Assembly: GCA_030019445.1 (NCBI GenBank)
Contig: JASEEU010000002.1
Coordinates: 38,995-62,994 of the forward strand
Source: Anaerosomatales bacterium
Lineage (GTDB): Bacteria; Actinomycetota; Coriobacteriia; Anaerosomatales; Anaerosomataceae
Length of the DNA stretch: 24,000 bases
Direction of reading: 5' to 3'
In this document: positions 1 through 7,975 of the stretch, one piece after another
Layout: every line of letters starts with the position of its first letter
Position numbering within the stretch: the stretch's first letter is position 1
Notes under the pieces: generated by a model
Database searches by the model: none
What the model was told of the DNA's origin: nothing
What the model saw: the letters and a program-made list of their open reading frames with translations, nothing else
Position numbers and translations under genes: made by a program

Positions 1-635
1 TCGCCGCGGCGGGCCTCGTGCGTCCCTCGGCCGGCGAAGTGCTCGTGGGCGGCCGGGCAGTCGACGCTCCCCGGCTGAAGACCGCGCTCATCCTCCAGGA
101 TTTCGGCCTGCTACCGTGGAAGACCGTCTTCCACAACGCCGCGCTCGGACTTGAGATCCGCGGTGTCGCCGGAGCCGAACGTGCGCGGCTCGTGGCGGAG
201 GCGCTCGAGCGTCTCGGGCTGGCCGAGTTCGCCTCGGCCTATCCCGCCGAGCTCTCCGGCGGCATGCGCCAGCGTCTCGCGCTCGCCCGCGCGCTGGCGC
301 TCGACGCCGACACGCTGCTGATGGACGAGCCGCTCTCCGCGCTCGATGCGCTGACGCGCGAGGATCTCCAGGGCTTGCTGCTCGACATCTGGCGACAGCG
401 GCGCCATACAGCGATGCTCGTCACGCACTCGATAGAGGAGGCGGTCTTCCTCGGCAGGCGCGTCGTCGTCCTCTCGCCGCGGCCGGGTCGCGTCGCGGCC
501 GTGGTCGACAACCCGGAGATGGGTGCCGAGGGCTACCGGGAGACGTCCGCCTTCTACGAGCGGTGCGCCGAGCTCAGAGCGCTGCTCGCCGCTGAGGGCG
601 CGCTCCACGGCGCCGCCGCGGGCGGTGAGGCGTGA
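1..635 (+). CDS. ABC transporter ATP-binding protein, NitT/TauT (nitrate/sulfonate/taurine) type; 5' end truncated by the window edge
   Basis: The frame is open from base 3 (AAAGL before the listed GTG at 18). It has the ABC signature LSGGMRQRLALARAL, Walker B LLMDEPLSALD and H-loop VTHSIEEA. Walker A lies upstream of the window. The TGA stop at 633-635 overlaps the permease start. Confidence 0.9.
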   Translation, partial: AAAGLVRPSAGEVLVGGRAVDAPRLKTALILQDFGLLPWKTVFHNAALGLEIRGVAGAERARLVAEALERLGLAEFASAYPAELSGGMRQRLALARALALDADTLLMDEPLSALDALTREDLQGLLLDIWRQRRHTAMLVTHSIEEAVFLGRRVVVLSPRPGRVAAVVDNPEMGAEGYRETSAFYERCAELRALLAAEGALHGAAAGGEA

Positions 636-1387
636 TGGGCTGGCTGCGGAGGGCGATCGGATATCTGGGCGCCGCCGCTGCGCTCGTCGCGGGATGGTGG
701 CTCCTTGCGCTCATCGTCGACTCGCCGGCGCTGCCGGGACCCGGCCTGGCGCTTGGCGACTTCGCGACGCTGTTCTTCTCGGACCTGCTCCCCGAGCTCG
801 GCGTGAGCGCGTGGCGCGTCGTGGCGTCGATGGCGATCAGCGTCGCGCTGGCCGCCCCGCTCGGCCTGCTCGTCGGGCGCAGCCCCCGGCTCGACGCGGT
901 CGTGGCCCCGATGATCTTCCTGACCTACCCCGTGCCCAAGATCGTCTTCCTGCCGGTGCTGCTCGTGCTGCTGGGCATCGGCGGGGCGCCCAAGATCGCG
1001 CTCATCGCGCTCATCGTCTTCTTCCAGATACTCGTCACCGCGCGCGACGCCGCCCGCCAGATCCCCGCGGCGTCGGTGCTGTCGGTGCGCTCGCTCGGAG
1101 CGACGCGATCCCAGGTGTTCCGCCATGTCGTCGTCCCGGCGGCGCTGCCCGACATCTTCACGGCGCTCAGGATCAGCACGGGGACGGCCATCGCCGTGCT
1201 GTTCTTCTCGGAATCGATCGCCGGCACGAGCGGCGTCGGCTACTACATCATCGATGCCTGGAGTCGGATCGCGTACAGCGAGATGTTCGCCGGGATCATC
1301 ACCATGGCGCTGCTCGGCGTCGTGCTCTACGAGCTGCTCGAGATGGCCGAGGCGCGCGTGTGCGCGTGGACGCGCGCGGGCCGGTAG
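635..1387 (+). CDS. ABC transporter permease, SsuC/TauC-like (BPD_transp_1 type)
   Basis: About six hydrophobic segments and an EAA-like loop (ARDAARQIPAASVLSVRSLGATRSQVFRHVVVPAALPDIF). The start overlaps the upstream ATPase stop (GTGATG). ATG 635 is preferred over GTG 632 because the GGTGAGG Shine-Dalgarno ends at 630. Confidence 0.87.
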   Translation: MGWLRRAIGYLGAAAALVAGWWLLALIVDSPALPGPGLALGDFATLFFSDLLPELGVSAWRVVASMAISVALAAPLGLLVGRSPRLDAVVAPMIFLTYPVPKIVFLPVLLVLLGIGGAPKIALIALIVFFQILVTARDAARQIPAASVLSVRSLGATRSQVFRHVVVPAALPDIFTALRISTGTAIAVLFFSESIAGTSGVGYYIIDAWSRIAYSEMFAGIITMALLGVVLYELLEMAEARVCAWTRAGR

Positions 1388-1393
1388 GGCCCG
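1377..1393. terminator. Short GC hairpin at a convergent gene junction (CGGGCC-GGTAG-GGCCCG), possible terminator
   Basis: A 6-bp perfect stem, extendable by G-U and C-G pairs, spans the permease stop codon. It sits between the convergent genes ending at 1387 (+) and 1421 (-). There is no U-tract. Confidence 0.25.
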
Positions 1394-1420
1394 TGGTCCG
1401 CGGCGGCGCGTGGCCGGCGC

Positions 1421-1792
1421 TCAGGACTCGCCGAGCACCGCCTCGACGACGCTCCTGAGGCCCTTGGGGTCGAACGGCTTGGTGATGTACTCCGAGGCGC
1501 CGAGCTCGGCCCCCCGGAGCTTGTCGGCGACCTGCGCGGCCGTGGTGAGCATGACGACCTTCACGTCCTTGGTCTCCGCCCGCTTGCGCAGGAACTCGAG
1601 CACCTCGAACCCGTCGAGCTTGGGCATCTCGACGTCGAGCAGGACGAGGTCCGGAGGCGCCTCGATGGCCATCTCCACGGCTTCTTCGCCGTCGACTGCC
1701 TGGACGATATCGTGACCGAGCGAGCGCAGCGCGGCGTTCACGAGCATCCGGATCTGCATGTTGTCATCGGCGACCAGGATCCTCTTCGCCAT
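1421..1792 (-). CDS. Stand-alone response regulator receiver protein (CheY-like, no output domain)
   Basis: REC motifs are present: ILVADD, phospho-acceptor LLDVEMPKLDG, VVMLTT and ITKPF. ATG 1792 is preceded by GGAAAGGGG. It lies directly downstream of another REC gene and the hybrid kinase. Confidence 0.9.
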   Translation of the reverse strand: MAKRILVADDNMQIRMLVNAALRSLGHDIVQAVDGEEAVEMAIEAPPDLVLLDVEMPKLDGFEVLEFLRKRAETKDVKVVMLTTAAQVADKLRGAELGASEYITKPFDPKGLRSVVEAVLGES

Positions 1793-1818
1793 CACGGGGC
1801 CCCTTTCCGTGGTGGTGG

Positions 1819-2274
1819 CTACTCTTTGTCGCGGTGCATGATGTTGACGATCGTGTGCAGCTTGGCTTCGCGCCGCTGCCGTTCCCGCTCCACCTCGTCG
1901 CGGCGGGAGGGGTCGAGCATGGCCTCGATATGCTCGGCCACCTCCGACGGCTTGAACGGCTTGGGGATGTAGTCGACGTTCTCATCGGCCATCTGCTCGA
2001 CCTGCTCCTCGAACGTGCCCGCTGCCGAGAGGAACAGGATCGGCGTCTTCCGGGTGGCCTCGCGCTCGCGCAGGCGCTTGCGCACCTCGTGCCCGTCCAT
2101 CTTGGGCATCATCACGTCGAGTACGATGAGCTCGGGTTTCTCCGTCTCGGCCAGGCCGAGCGCTTCCATGCCGTTGTCGGCGGTGACGACGTTGAAGCCT
2201 CTGTTCCCGAGCGCCACGGTCAGCAGGCGCTGGATGTTCGGCTCGTCGTCGACGACCAGGATCGTGCGCTTCAT
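1819..2274 (-). CDS. Response regulator receiver protein with a short charged C-terminal tail (no DNA-binding domain)
   Basis: REC motifs are present: ILVVDDE, IVLDVMMPKMDG, LFLSA and IPKPF. The tail is DPSRRDEVERERQRREAKL. The Shine-Dalgarno AGGGAGGG lies upstream of ATG 2274. Confidence 0.9.
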   Translation of the reverse strand: MKRTILVVDDEPNIQRLLTVALGNRGFNVVTADNGMEALGLAETEKPELIVLDVMMPKMDGHEVRKRLREREATRKTPILFLSAAGTFEEQVEQMADENVDYIPKPFKPSEVAEHIEAMLDPSRRDEVERERQRREAKLHTIVNIMHRDKE

Positions 2275-2312
2275 GTGTCCCTCCCTTTCACTTCATCGGG
2301 CGAACGGGCCCG

Positions 2313-4487
2313 TCATACCTGTCGTTCCGGCGCGTGCGCGACCGCCTCGGCGATCCGCTGCACGAGCTCTCCCTCGTCGATGGGCTTGGCGATCTGGTCG
2401 GCCGCCAGCCTCAGGATGTCGGCCTTCGTCTGGTCCAGGCGATACGCGGTCATGATGACCACAGGGATGTCATGCGTGGCCTCGTCGGACTTGAGCTCCG
2501 CGAGGACCTCGTAGCCGTCCATCACGGGCATCCGTAGGTCGAGGAGCACGAGGTCGGGCGAGCGATGACGGACCGCGACCATCGCTTCCCGGCCGTCGTA
2601 GGCGGCGACGACGGCGAAGCCCTTGGACTTCAGGGTGTTGCAGATGAGGTCGTTGATGCGGCGGTCGTCATCGACGACCATCACGAGGGGCGAGGCCACC
2701 TCGCCAACGATGTCCTCGATGATCTCGACCAGACGGTCGCGGTCGATCGGCTTCTCGAGGTAGCCGGTGGCCCCCATACGCTGGCTCTTGCCCTCGTCGC
2801 AGATGATAGAGAGCACGACTACCGGTATCTTCGCGGTCATCGGCGTGTCTTTGAGCTTGCGGAGCAGGTCGAAGCCGTCACCGGAGTCCATGAGCACATC
2901 GAGCGTGATGGCCGAGGGCTTCTCGGCCACCGCGAGCTCGAAGGCGGTCTGCGAATCGTGCGCGACCAAGACGTCATAGCCCTGCTTTGCGAGGTAGGTC
3001 TGGATGAGGTCGCACGCCTCGGTGTTGGTGTCCACCACGAGCACCGTCCCGCCGACCTGCGAGGGGCCGTCGACCGTGGGCGTGCGCACGAGGTCGGGGG
3101 AGGCCTGGGGGAGCGTGAACCAGAACGTGCTGCCCGCGCCGGCCTCGCTCGTGACGCCGACCTCCCCGCCGAGAAGCTCGATGATCGACTTCACGATCGA
3201 GAGGCCCAGACCGGTGCCGCCGATCTCACGGGTGAGCTTGCTGTCCACGCGGTAGAACTTGGTGAACAGGCGCGCCATGTCCTCCTCGGCGATGCCGATC
3301 CCCTCATCCGTCACGCTCATGCGGACGAACCCGTCCTCCTCGGCGGCGCGCACCCAGATGCTGCCACCCTCGGGCGAGTACTTGATGGCGTTGCTGATGA
3401 AGTTGATGAGCACCTGGCCGACGCGGTCCGGGTCGCCCGCCACGCGGGGAAGGCCGTCGGGCACCTCGACGGTGATGGCGCGGTCCTGCTGCTCGAGCAC
3501 GGCCCGGAACGTGTCGACCGCGCCCCTGATGCGCTCGGCGACGTCGAGCGGCTGCACCTTGAGGTGGATACGCCCCGACTCGATCCGGGAGATGTCGAGA
3601 AGGTCGTTGATGAGATCGACGAGGCGGTCGGAGTTCTCCTTCACGATGCCGAGGAACTCGGTCTGTATCTCGTTCACCTCGCCGGCCTCACCGTCGAGGA
3701 TGAGGTCCACGTAGCCCTTGATCGACGTGAGCGGCGTCCGCAGCTCGTGCGATACCGTGGAGACGAACTCGTTCTTCATCTGGCCGATCTCGCGTTCGGC
3801 GGTCACGTCGTGCAGGGTCGCGACGAAGCCGAGGTAGTGCCCATGATCGTCGATGACCGGGTCCGTCCGCACGTCGATGATCCGGTGCGTCGGCTCCTCG
3901 ACCGTCACCTCGCGGACCTGTGATCCCTGGCTGCCGGGGTCGAAGCGGTCCTCGGGCTCAAGGCCGAAGAGGCTCCAGAGGTCCGGAGCGGTGTCCACGA
4001 GCTCCTTCGGATCGCGGGCGAGCAGCAGCCCCGCCGCGGGGTTCACGAACGTGATGCGCCCGTCTGCCGAGTACACGATGAGCCCGTCACCGGTGCTGGC
4101 GAGGATCGCCTCCGACCGCTTCCGGACGCGGGTGAGCTCCGTCTCATCATGCACGGCAACGACCAGACCGCATCCCTCCTCATCCTCGTAGGTGGCGATC
4201 GAGCAGCGCAGGTCGCGGCCGTCCACCCCCAGCGCCACAGAGCATCCCTCGGGACAGGAGCCGGAGGACAGGATCTCATCAAGCGCCTGGACGAGCGCGG
4301 GGCTGCGGAGCGCCGCGACGGGGTTGCCGACGACATCGGACCGGCTGAGGCCGAGCATCTCCTGCGCGGCCTCGTTCATGAGGCGGATCGTCCCGTCGCA
4401 CCGGATGGCGATGAGGCCCTCGACGGTGTGGGCCATGAGCGCGCGCACGTGGGTGAAGGAGCGACGGTCCTCGCGAGCCTCGGTCAT
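2313..4487 (-). CDS. Soluble hybrid sensor histidine kinase: PAS-PAS-HisKA-HATPase_c-REC-REC
   Basis: - **Kinase core:** H-box SHELRTPLTSIKGY, N-box NAIKYSPEGG, G1 DEGIGI and G2 GGTGLGLSIV.
- **Receivers:** two C-terminal REC domains (ITLDVLM ... YLEKPI and LLDLRMPVMDG ... IAKPI).
- **PAS:** two N-terminal PAS-like segments.
- **Localisation:** no TM helix.
- **Start:** ATG 4487 is preceded by AAGGAGG with an 8-nt spacer, so it is preferred over the track start at 4541. Confidence 0.92.
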   Translation of the reverse strand: MTEAREDRRSFTHVRALMAHTVEGLIAIRCDGTIRLMNEAAQEMLGLSRSDVVGNPVAALRSPALVQALDEILSSGSCPEGCSVALGVDGRDLRCSIATYEDEEGCGLVVAVHDETELTRVRKRSEAILASTGDGLIVYSADGRITFVNPAAGLLLARDPKELVDTAPDLWSLFGLEPEDRFDPGSQGSQVREVTVEEPTHRIIDVRTDPVIDDHGHYLGFVATLHDVTAEREIGQMKNEFVSTVSHELRTPLTSIKGYVDLILDGEAGEVNEIQTEFLGIVKENSDRLVDLINDLLDISRIESGRIHLKVQPLDVAERIRGAVDTFRAVLEQQDRAITVEVPDGLPRVAGDPDRVGQVLINFISNAIKYSPEGGSIWVRAAEEDGFVRMSVTDEGIGIAEEDMARLFTKFYRVDSKLTREIGGTGLGLSIVKSIIELLGGEVGVTSEAGAGSTFWFTLPQASPDLVRTPTVDGPSQVGGTVLVVDTNTEACDLIQTYLAKQGYDVLVAHDSQTAFELAVAEKPSAITLDVLMDSGDGFDLLRKLKDTPMTAKIPVVVLSIICDEGKSQRMGATGYLEKPIDRDRLVEIIEDIVGEVASPLVMVVDDDRRINDLICNTLKSKGFAVVAAYDGREAMVAVRHRSPDLVLLDLRMPVMDGYEVLAELKSDEATHDIPVVIMTAYRLDQTKADILRLAADQIAKPIDEGELVQRIAEAVAHAPERQV

Positions 4488-4577
4488 GCGGCCAGCCTCC
4501 TTTTGGGCGCACCTGTCCAAGGGCTGTATTCGGCCCCGCATGAGGGATTCCCTGCCAACGGGCTGGCGAGATGCGAA

Positions 4578-4601
4578 GGCCGCGGGACGATGCCCGCGGC
4601 C
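4578..4601 (-). terminator. GC-rich hairpin downstream of tRNA-Arg (9-bp stem GGCCGCGGG / CCCGCGGCC, 6-nt loop)
   Basis: A perfect inverted repeat read directly from the sequence, 13 nt past the tRNA 3' end. It is followed on the minus strand by TTCGC. Confidence 0.45.
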
Positions 4602-4614
4602 GCTGGAGTGCGTA

Positions 4615-4690
4615 TGGTGCCCCCGGCAGGAATCGAACCTGCGACACCCGGTTTAGGAAACCGGTGCTCTATCCCCTGAGCTACGAGGGC
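4615..4690 (-). tRNA. tRNA-Arg (anticodon CCT), CCA encoded
   Basis: The 76-nt reverse complement folds as a cloverleaf: GCCCTCG TA GCTC AGGGGATA GAGC A CCGGT TTCCTAA ACCGG GTGTC GCAGG TTCGATT CCTGC CGGGGGC A CCA. The acceptor stem has 7 bp including one G-U. The T-loop TTCGATT is canonical. Confidence 0.93.
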
Positions 4691-4788
4691 GCGCCCGCCA
4701 TTGTACCTGCGCGACGCAGCCGAAGGAAGCGCGGCGGCCCCGACGCTCTCTGCGGGTGGGTATCTTCTCCATACAGGAGACGTGAGCC

Positions 4789-5427
4789 GTGTACCGGGAC
4801 AGAGCACAAGCGGGCCAGGAGCTTGCCGAGGCGCTGCGTGAGCGCTTCGCCGACAGCGGCGCTGTCGTGCTCGGCCTGCCGAGGGGCGGGGTCGTCGTGG
4901 CGGCCGAGGTCGCCCGCGGGCTCCGCCTCCCGCTCGACATCATCGTGACGAGCAAGCTCGGCGCACCGGGCAATCCCGAGTTCGCGGTGGGCGCGGTGGA
5001 TGCCGAGGGGACGGTCATGCTGAACCCGAGCGTGAGCGTGCCGGAGTCCTACGTCGACGAGGAGGCCGGGCGCAAGGCGGCCGAAGTGCGTCGGCGGATC
5101 ACGGCGTATCGGGGCGATCGTCCCGCGCCGGACCTCGCGGGCCGCACCGTGCTCGTGGTCGATGACGGCCTCGCGACGGGCTCCACGATGCGGGCTGCGA
5201 TCGCCAGCGTGCGGGCTCGGGGAGGGCATCCCGTCGTCGCCGTGCCTGTCACGCCGCCCGACACCGCGACGCGTCTGCGGGCCGATGGCGTCGAGGTCAT
5301 AGCGCTGCGAGAACCCTGGGACTTCTACGCGGTCGGCCAGTTCTATCACGACTTCGGCCAGACGACCGATGCCGAGGTCATGGAGCTGCTGGCCGAGGCG
5401 TGGTCGCGCGAGACGGAAGGCGAGTGA
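4789..5427 (+). CDS. Type I phosphoribosyltransferase family protein
   Basis: It carries the PRPP-binding motif VLVVDDGLATGSTMRAA and an N-terminal LPRGGVVVAAEVA segment typical of this family. GTG 4789 is preceded by AGGAGA with an 8-nt spacer. Confidence 0.85.
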   Translation: MYRDRAQAGQELAEALRERFADSGAVVLGLPRGGVVVAAEVARGLRLPLDIIVTSKLGAPGNPEFAVGAVDAEGTVMLNPSVSVPESYVDEEAGRKAAEVRRRITAYRGDRPAPDLAGRTVLVVDDGLATGSTMRAAIASVRARGGHPVVAVPVTPPDTATRLRADGVEVIALREPWDFYAVGQFYHDFGQTTDAEVMELLAEAWSRETEGE

Positions 5428-5433
5428 ACGCGG

Positions 5434-5459
5434 ACCGGCCCGCCGATCGGCGGGCCGGT
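5434..5459. terminator. Bidirectional terminator-like hairpin (ACCGGCCCGCC-GATC-GGCGGGCCGGT)
   Basis: An 11-bp perfect stem with a 4-nt loop. It lies between the convergent stops at 5427 (+) and 5487 (-). Confidence 0.6.
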
Positions 5460-5486
5460 TGGCGAATCGGTACCATGCCGAGAGGG

Positions 5487-7322
5487 CTACGGTCCTCCGG
5501 TCTTGCCGACGGTGAGCGTGACCGTGTCGCCCTTGTTCGCTGATGCATTGGGAATCGGGTCCTGCTCGAGGACCACACCGTCGTCGGGGTCGTCCACGTA
5601 CACGACTTCCACTCTCAGACCAAGGCTTGTGAGCGTCGCCCGGGCATCTTCCTCCAGCATCGTCGTGACGTCCGGGACGATGACGATCTCCGGCCCCTTG
5701 GACACCGTGATGGTGACCTGTGAACCGGCCGGGACGAAGACGTTGGGATCGGGGCTCTGGCTGATCACCTGACCCTTGGGGACGGTCTCGCTGAACTTCT
5801 CGACCGTCTTGACCTTGAAGCCCTCCGCCTCGAGGTCGGCGGTCGCGTCGGCCTGGGTCTTGCCGGTCACATCCGGGACCTGGACCTTCTCGGTACCCTT
5901 GGAGACGTAGAGAACGACCGGGCTGTCGATGGCTACCTGGGCGCCCGGCTCGGGATCGCTGCGGATGACCTGACCCTCGGGGACCTCGGTGTTGAACTCG
6001 TCCTCGGTATGGTCGTAGGTCAGGCCCGCCTCGCGGATTGCGGTGATGGCGTCGGCCTCCTGCATGCCGACCACGTCAGGCACGGTGGTCGTCTCGATCC
6101 CGGCGCTCACGACGATGTCGACCGGCGTCAGCTCCTCGACTCTGCTGCCTGCGCCCGGATCCTGGCGGATGATCTTCCCGAGCTCGACGCTCTCGCTGTA
6201 GGCGGTCGAGACCTCGCCGAGAACGAGGTTGGCCGCCGAGAGGGTCGATGACGCCTCTGACTCGGTCATCCCCACCACGCTCGGGACCACGACGTCTCCG
6301 CCCGAGAACGCGCCGAGCGCGAAAGCGAGGCCCACGCCCAGCAACGCGATGGCCGCTACGACGGCGACCCACACCCAGGGGCTGACGCGACGCTCGGGCA
6401 CCGGGTGAACGGCCGAGGCGGTGCGCACGCGTTCGGATCGCTCCACGGCGGGCATCACGGTCGTCTCGTCGATCGCCGCTCCGTACGCCGGAGCCGCGCC
6501 CACGGCTTCGCCGCTGATGACGCGCTTGAGGTCTTCACGCATCTCCTTGGCGGACGCGTAGCGGTCCGACGGGTTCTTCCGCATCGCCTTGAGGATCACG
6601 GTCTCGAGCGACGCCGGGATGGAAGGTCGGATCTCGCGAGGAGGCACAGGCTCTTCGTTGACCTGCTTGAGCGCGACCGCGACCGGCGTGTCGGCGTCGA
6701 ACGGGAGGCGGCCGGTCACGAGCTCGTACAGCGTCACGCCGAGCGAGTAGAGATCGGACGCGGGGCCGAGCGTCTTGCCCTGTGCCTGCTCGGGTGAGAT
6801 GTACTGCGCCGTGCCGAGCACCGACCCGGTCTGCGTCATGGTCGTGTTGCCCGCGCGGGCGATGCCGAAGTCCATGACCTTCACGGTGCTATCGGCGGTG
6901 ATGACGATGTTGTGCGGCTTGATGTCTCGGTGGATGACGTCGTAGCCGTGCGCTTCGGCGAGCGCCGAGCAGACCTGGCCGGCGATCTTCGCGGCCTGGA
7001 TGGGGTCGACGGGACCGCGCTGCTCGATCAGCTCCTTGAGATCGGTGCCTTTGACGTACTCCATCACGAGGTAGTAGGTGTCGTCCTCGCGTCCCCAGTC
7101 GTAGATGTTGACGATGTTGGGATGCGAGAGGTTCGCCGCCGCCTGCGCTTCCTGGCGGAAGCGCGCGACGAAGTTCGGCTCGGCGGCGTAGTGGGCGTGC
7201 AGCACCTTGACGGCGACGGTGCGGCCCAGCACCTCGTCCACGGCCTTGTAGACGTCGGCCATCCCGCCGGAGCCGATCTTCTCGGTCACCTTGTATCTGC
7301 GTCCGAAGACCATGTCCTCCAC
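5487..7322 (-). CDS. pknB: Ser/Thr protein kinase PknB with four extracellular PASTA domains
   Basis: - **Kinase motifs:** GSGGMADVY, VAVKVL, HRDIKPHN, DFGIA and GTAQYISPE.
- **Membrane anchor:** a single TM helix (WVWVAVVAAIALLGVGLAFALGAF).
- **Sensor:** four repeats of about 67 aa with the PASTA pattern (VPxVVGM...A...L...GL).
- **Start:** GTG 7322 is preceded by AGGAG with a 6-nt spacer. Confidence 0.93.
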   Translation of the reverse strand: MEDMVFGRRYKVTEKIGSGGMADVYKAVDEVLGRTVAVKVLHAHYAAEPNFVARFRQEAQAAANLSHPNIVNIYDWGREDDTYYLVMEYVKGTDLKELIEQRGPVDPIQAAKIAGQVCSALAEAHGYDVIHRDIKPHNIVITADSTVKVMDFGIARAGNTTMTQTGSVLGTAQYISPEQAQGKTLGPASDLYSLGVTLYELVTGRLPFDADTPVAVALKQVNEEPVPPREIRPSIPASLETVILKAMRKNPSDRYASAKEMREDLKRVISGEAVGAAPAYGAAIDETTVMPAVERSERVRTASAVHPVPERRVSPWVWVAVVAAIALLGVGLAFALGAFSGGDVVVPSVVGMTESEASSTLSAANLVLGEVSTAYSESVELGKIIRQDPGAGSRVEELTPVDIVVSAGIETTTVPDVVGMQEADAITAIREAGLTYDHTEDEFNTEVPEGQVIRSDPEPGAQVAIDSPVVLYVSKGTEKVQVPDVTGKTQADATADLEAEGFKVKTVEKFSETVPKGQVISQSPDPNVFVPAGSQVTITVSKGPEIVIVPDVTTMLEEDARATLTSLGLRVEVVYVDDPDDGVVLEQDPIPNASANKGDTVTLTVGKTGGP

Positions 7323-7372
7323 GGTAAGCTCCTGCTCGACTCGCAGCCGTTACGACCTGCTCGGAATCCTCG

Positions 7373-7975
7373 TCATTCTACCCCAAACGGCTCGTGCTCA
7401 CGAACCGCGCGCACCGCCGCGAGCGCCGCCGCGGCGGTGGCCGAGGCGAAGGCACAGGCACTGACGAGGTAGAGCGCGAGCATCAGGTAGAGGGCCTCCA
7501 TGTCCGCCATGCTGCCCGCGGTGAACTCTCCTGACGCCGCCAGGGCCAGCACGCCGCCGAGGGCGGCGGTGAGATAGATGAGGAAGACCCAGCGTGCGGC
7601 GTTGCGATGCCACTCGCGCGCGAAGAGCACGGAGGCCACGACGCCGGCCAGAGCGAGCGGCAGTGGCGCCATGAACAGCACGGCGAATACGCCCATGGCC
7701 GAATCGGCGCCTGAGAGGAGGATCACGACGGCGGTCCCGAGCAGGAGACCGATCGTGCCGGCGACGACGCGCGACGCGGTCGGCAGCTTGAAGCCGAACA
7801 CCACCGCCGAGATCGACGCGACGATCGCGGGCGCGGAAGCGGCGATGAGGCCGAACGGGGGCTCGGCGAAACCGGCGACGGGCGCGAACCAGCCGGCTGT
7901 CACGACACCCCAGGCGACCCCGGCGCTCAGCGCGCCCGCCCAGATGAGCATCCCTCGAACGTATCGCCGCATCAT
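7373..7975 (-). CDS. Hypothetical Ala/Gly-rich polytopic membrane protein (about 6 TM), in the position usually held by pknA
   Basis: About six hydrophobic stretches. The start is ATG 7975 (or the adjacent ATG 7972). It overlaps the stop of the upstream SEDS-PBP gene as ATGA, and GGGAGG lies just upstream. The track's N-terminal extension to 8107 is Arg-rich, out of frame over the PBP gene, and was rejected. Confidence 0.6.
   Translation of the reverse strand: MMRRYVRGMLIWAGALSAGVAWGVVTAGWFAPVAGFAEPPFGLIAASAPAIVASISAVVFGFKLPTASRVVAGTIGLLLGTAVVILLSGADSAMGVFAVLFMAPLPLALAGVVASVLFAREWHRNAARWVFLIYLTAALGGVLALAASGEFTAGSMADMEALYLMLALYLVSACAFASATAAAALAAVRAVREHEPFGVE

Noticed and set aside
4488-4577. 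A TTGGCA motif upstream of the hybrid kinase as a sigma-54 (-24/-12) or sigma-70 -35 element.
   Set aside because: The -12 TTGC element is absent at the required spacing, and no convincing -10 hexamer lies 16-19 nt downstream. Promoter assignment is left open.
4615-4690. tRNA-Arg and tRNA-Leu (14849..14934) as possible integration sites of a genomic island or prophage.
   Set aside because: I saw no integrase or recombinase, no direct repeat of the tRNA 3' end nearby, and no compositional shift. The flanking genes are ordinary housekeeping or signalling genes.
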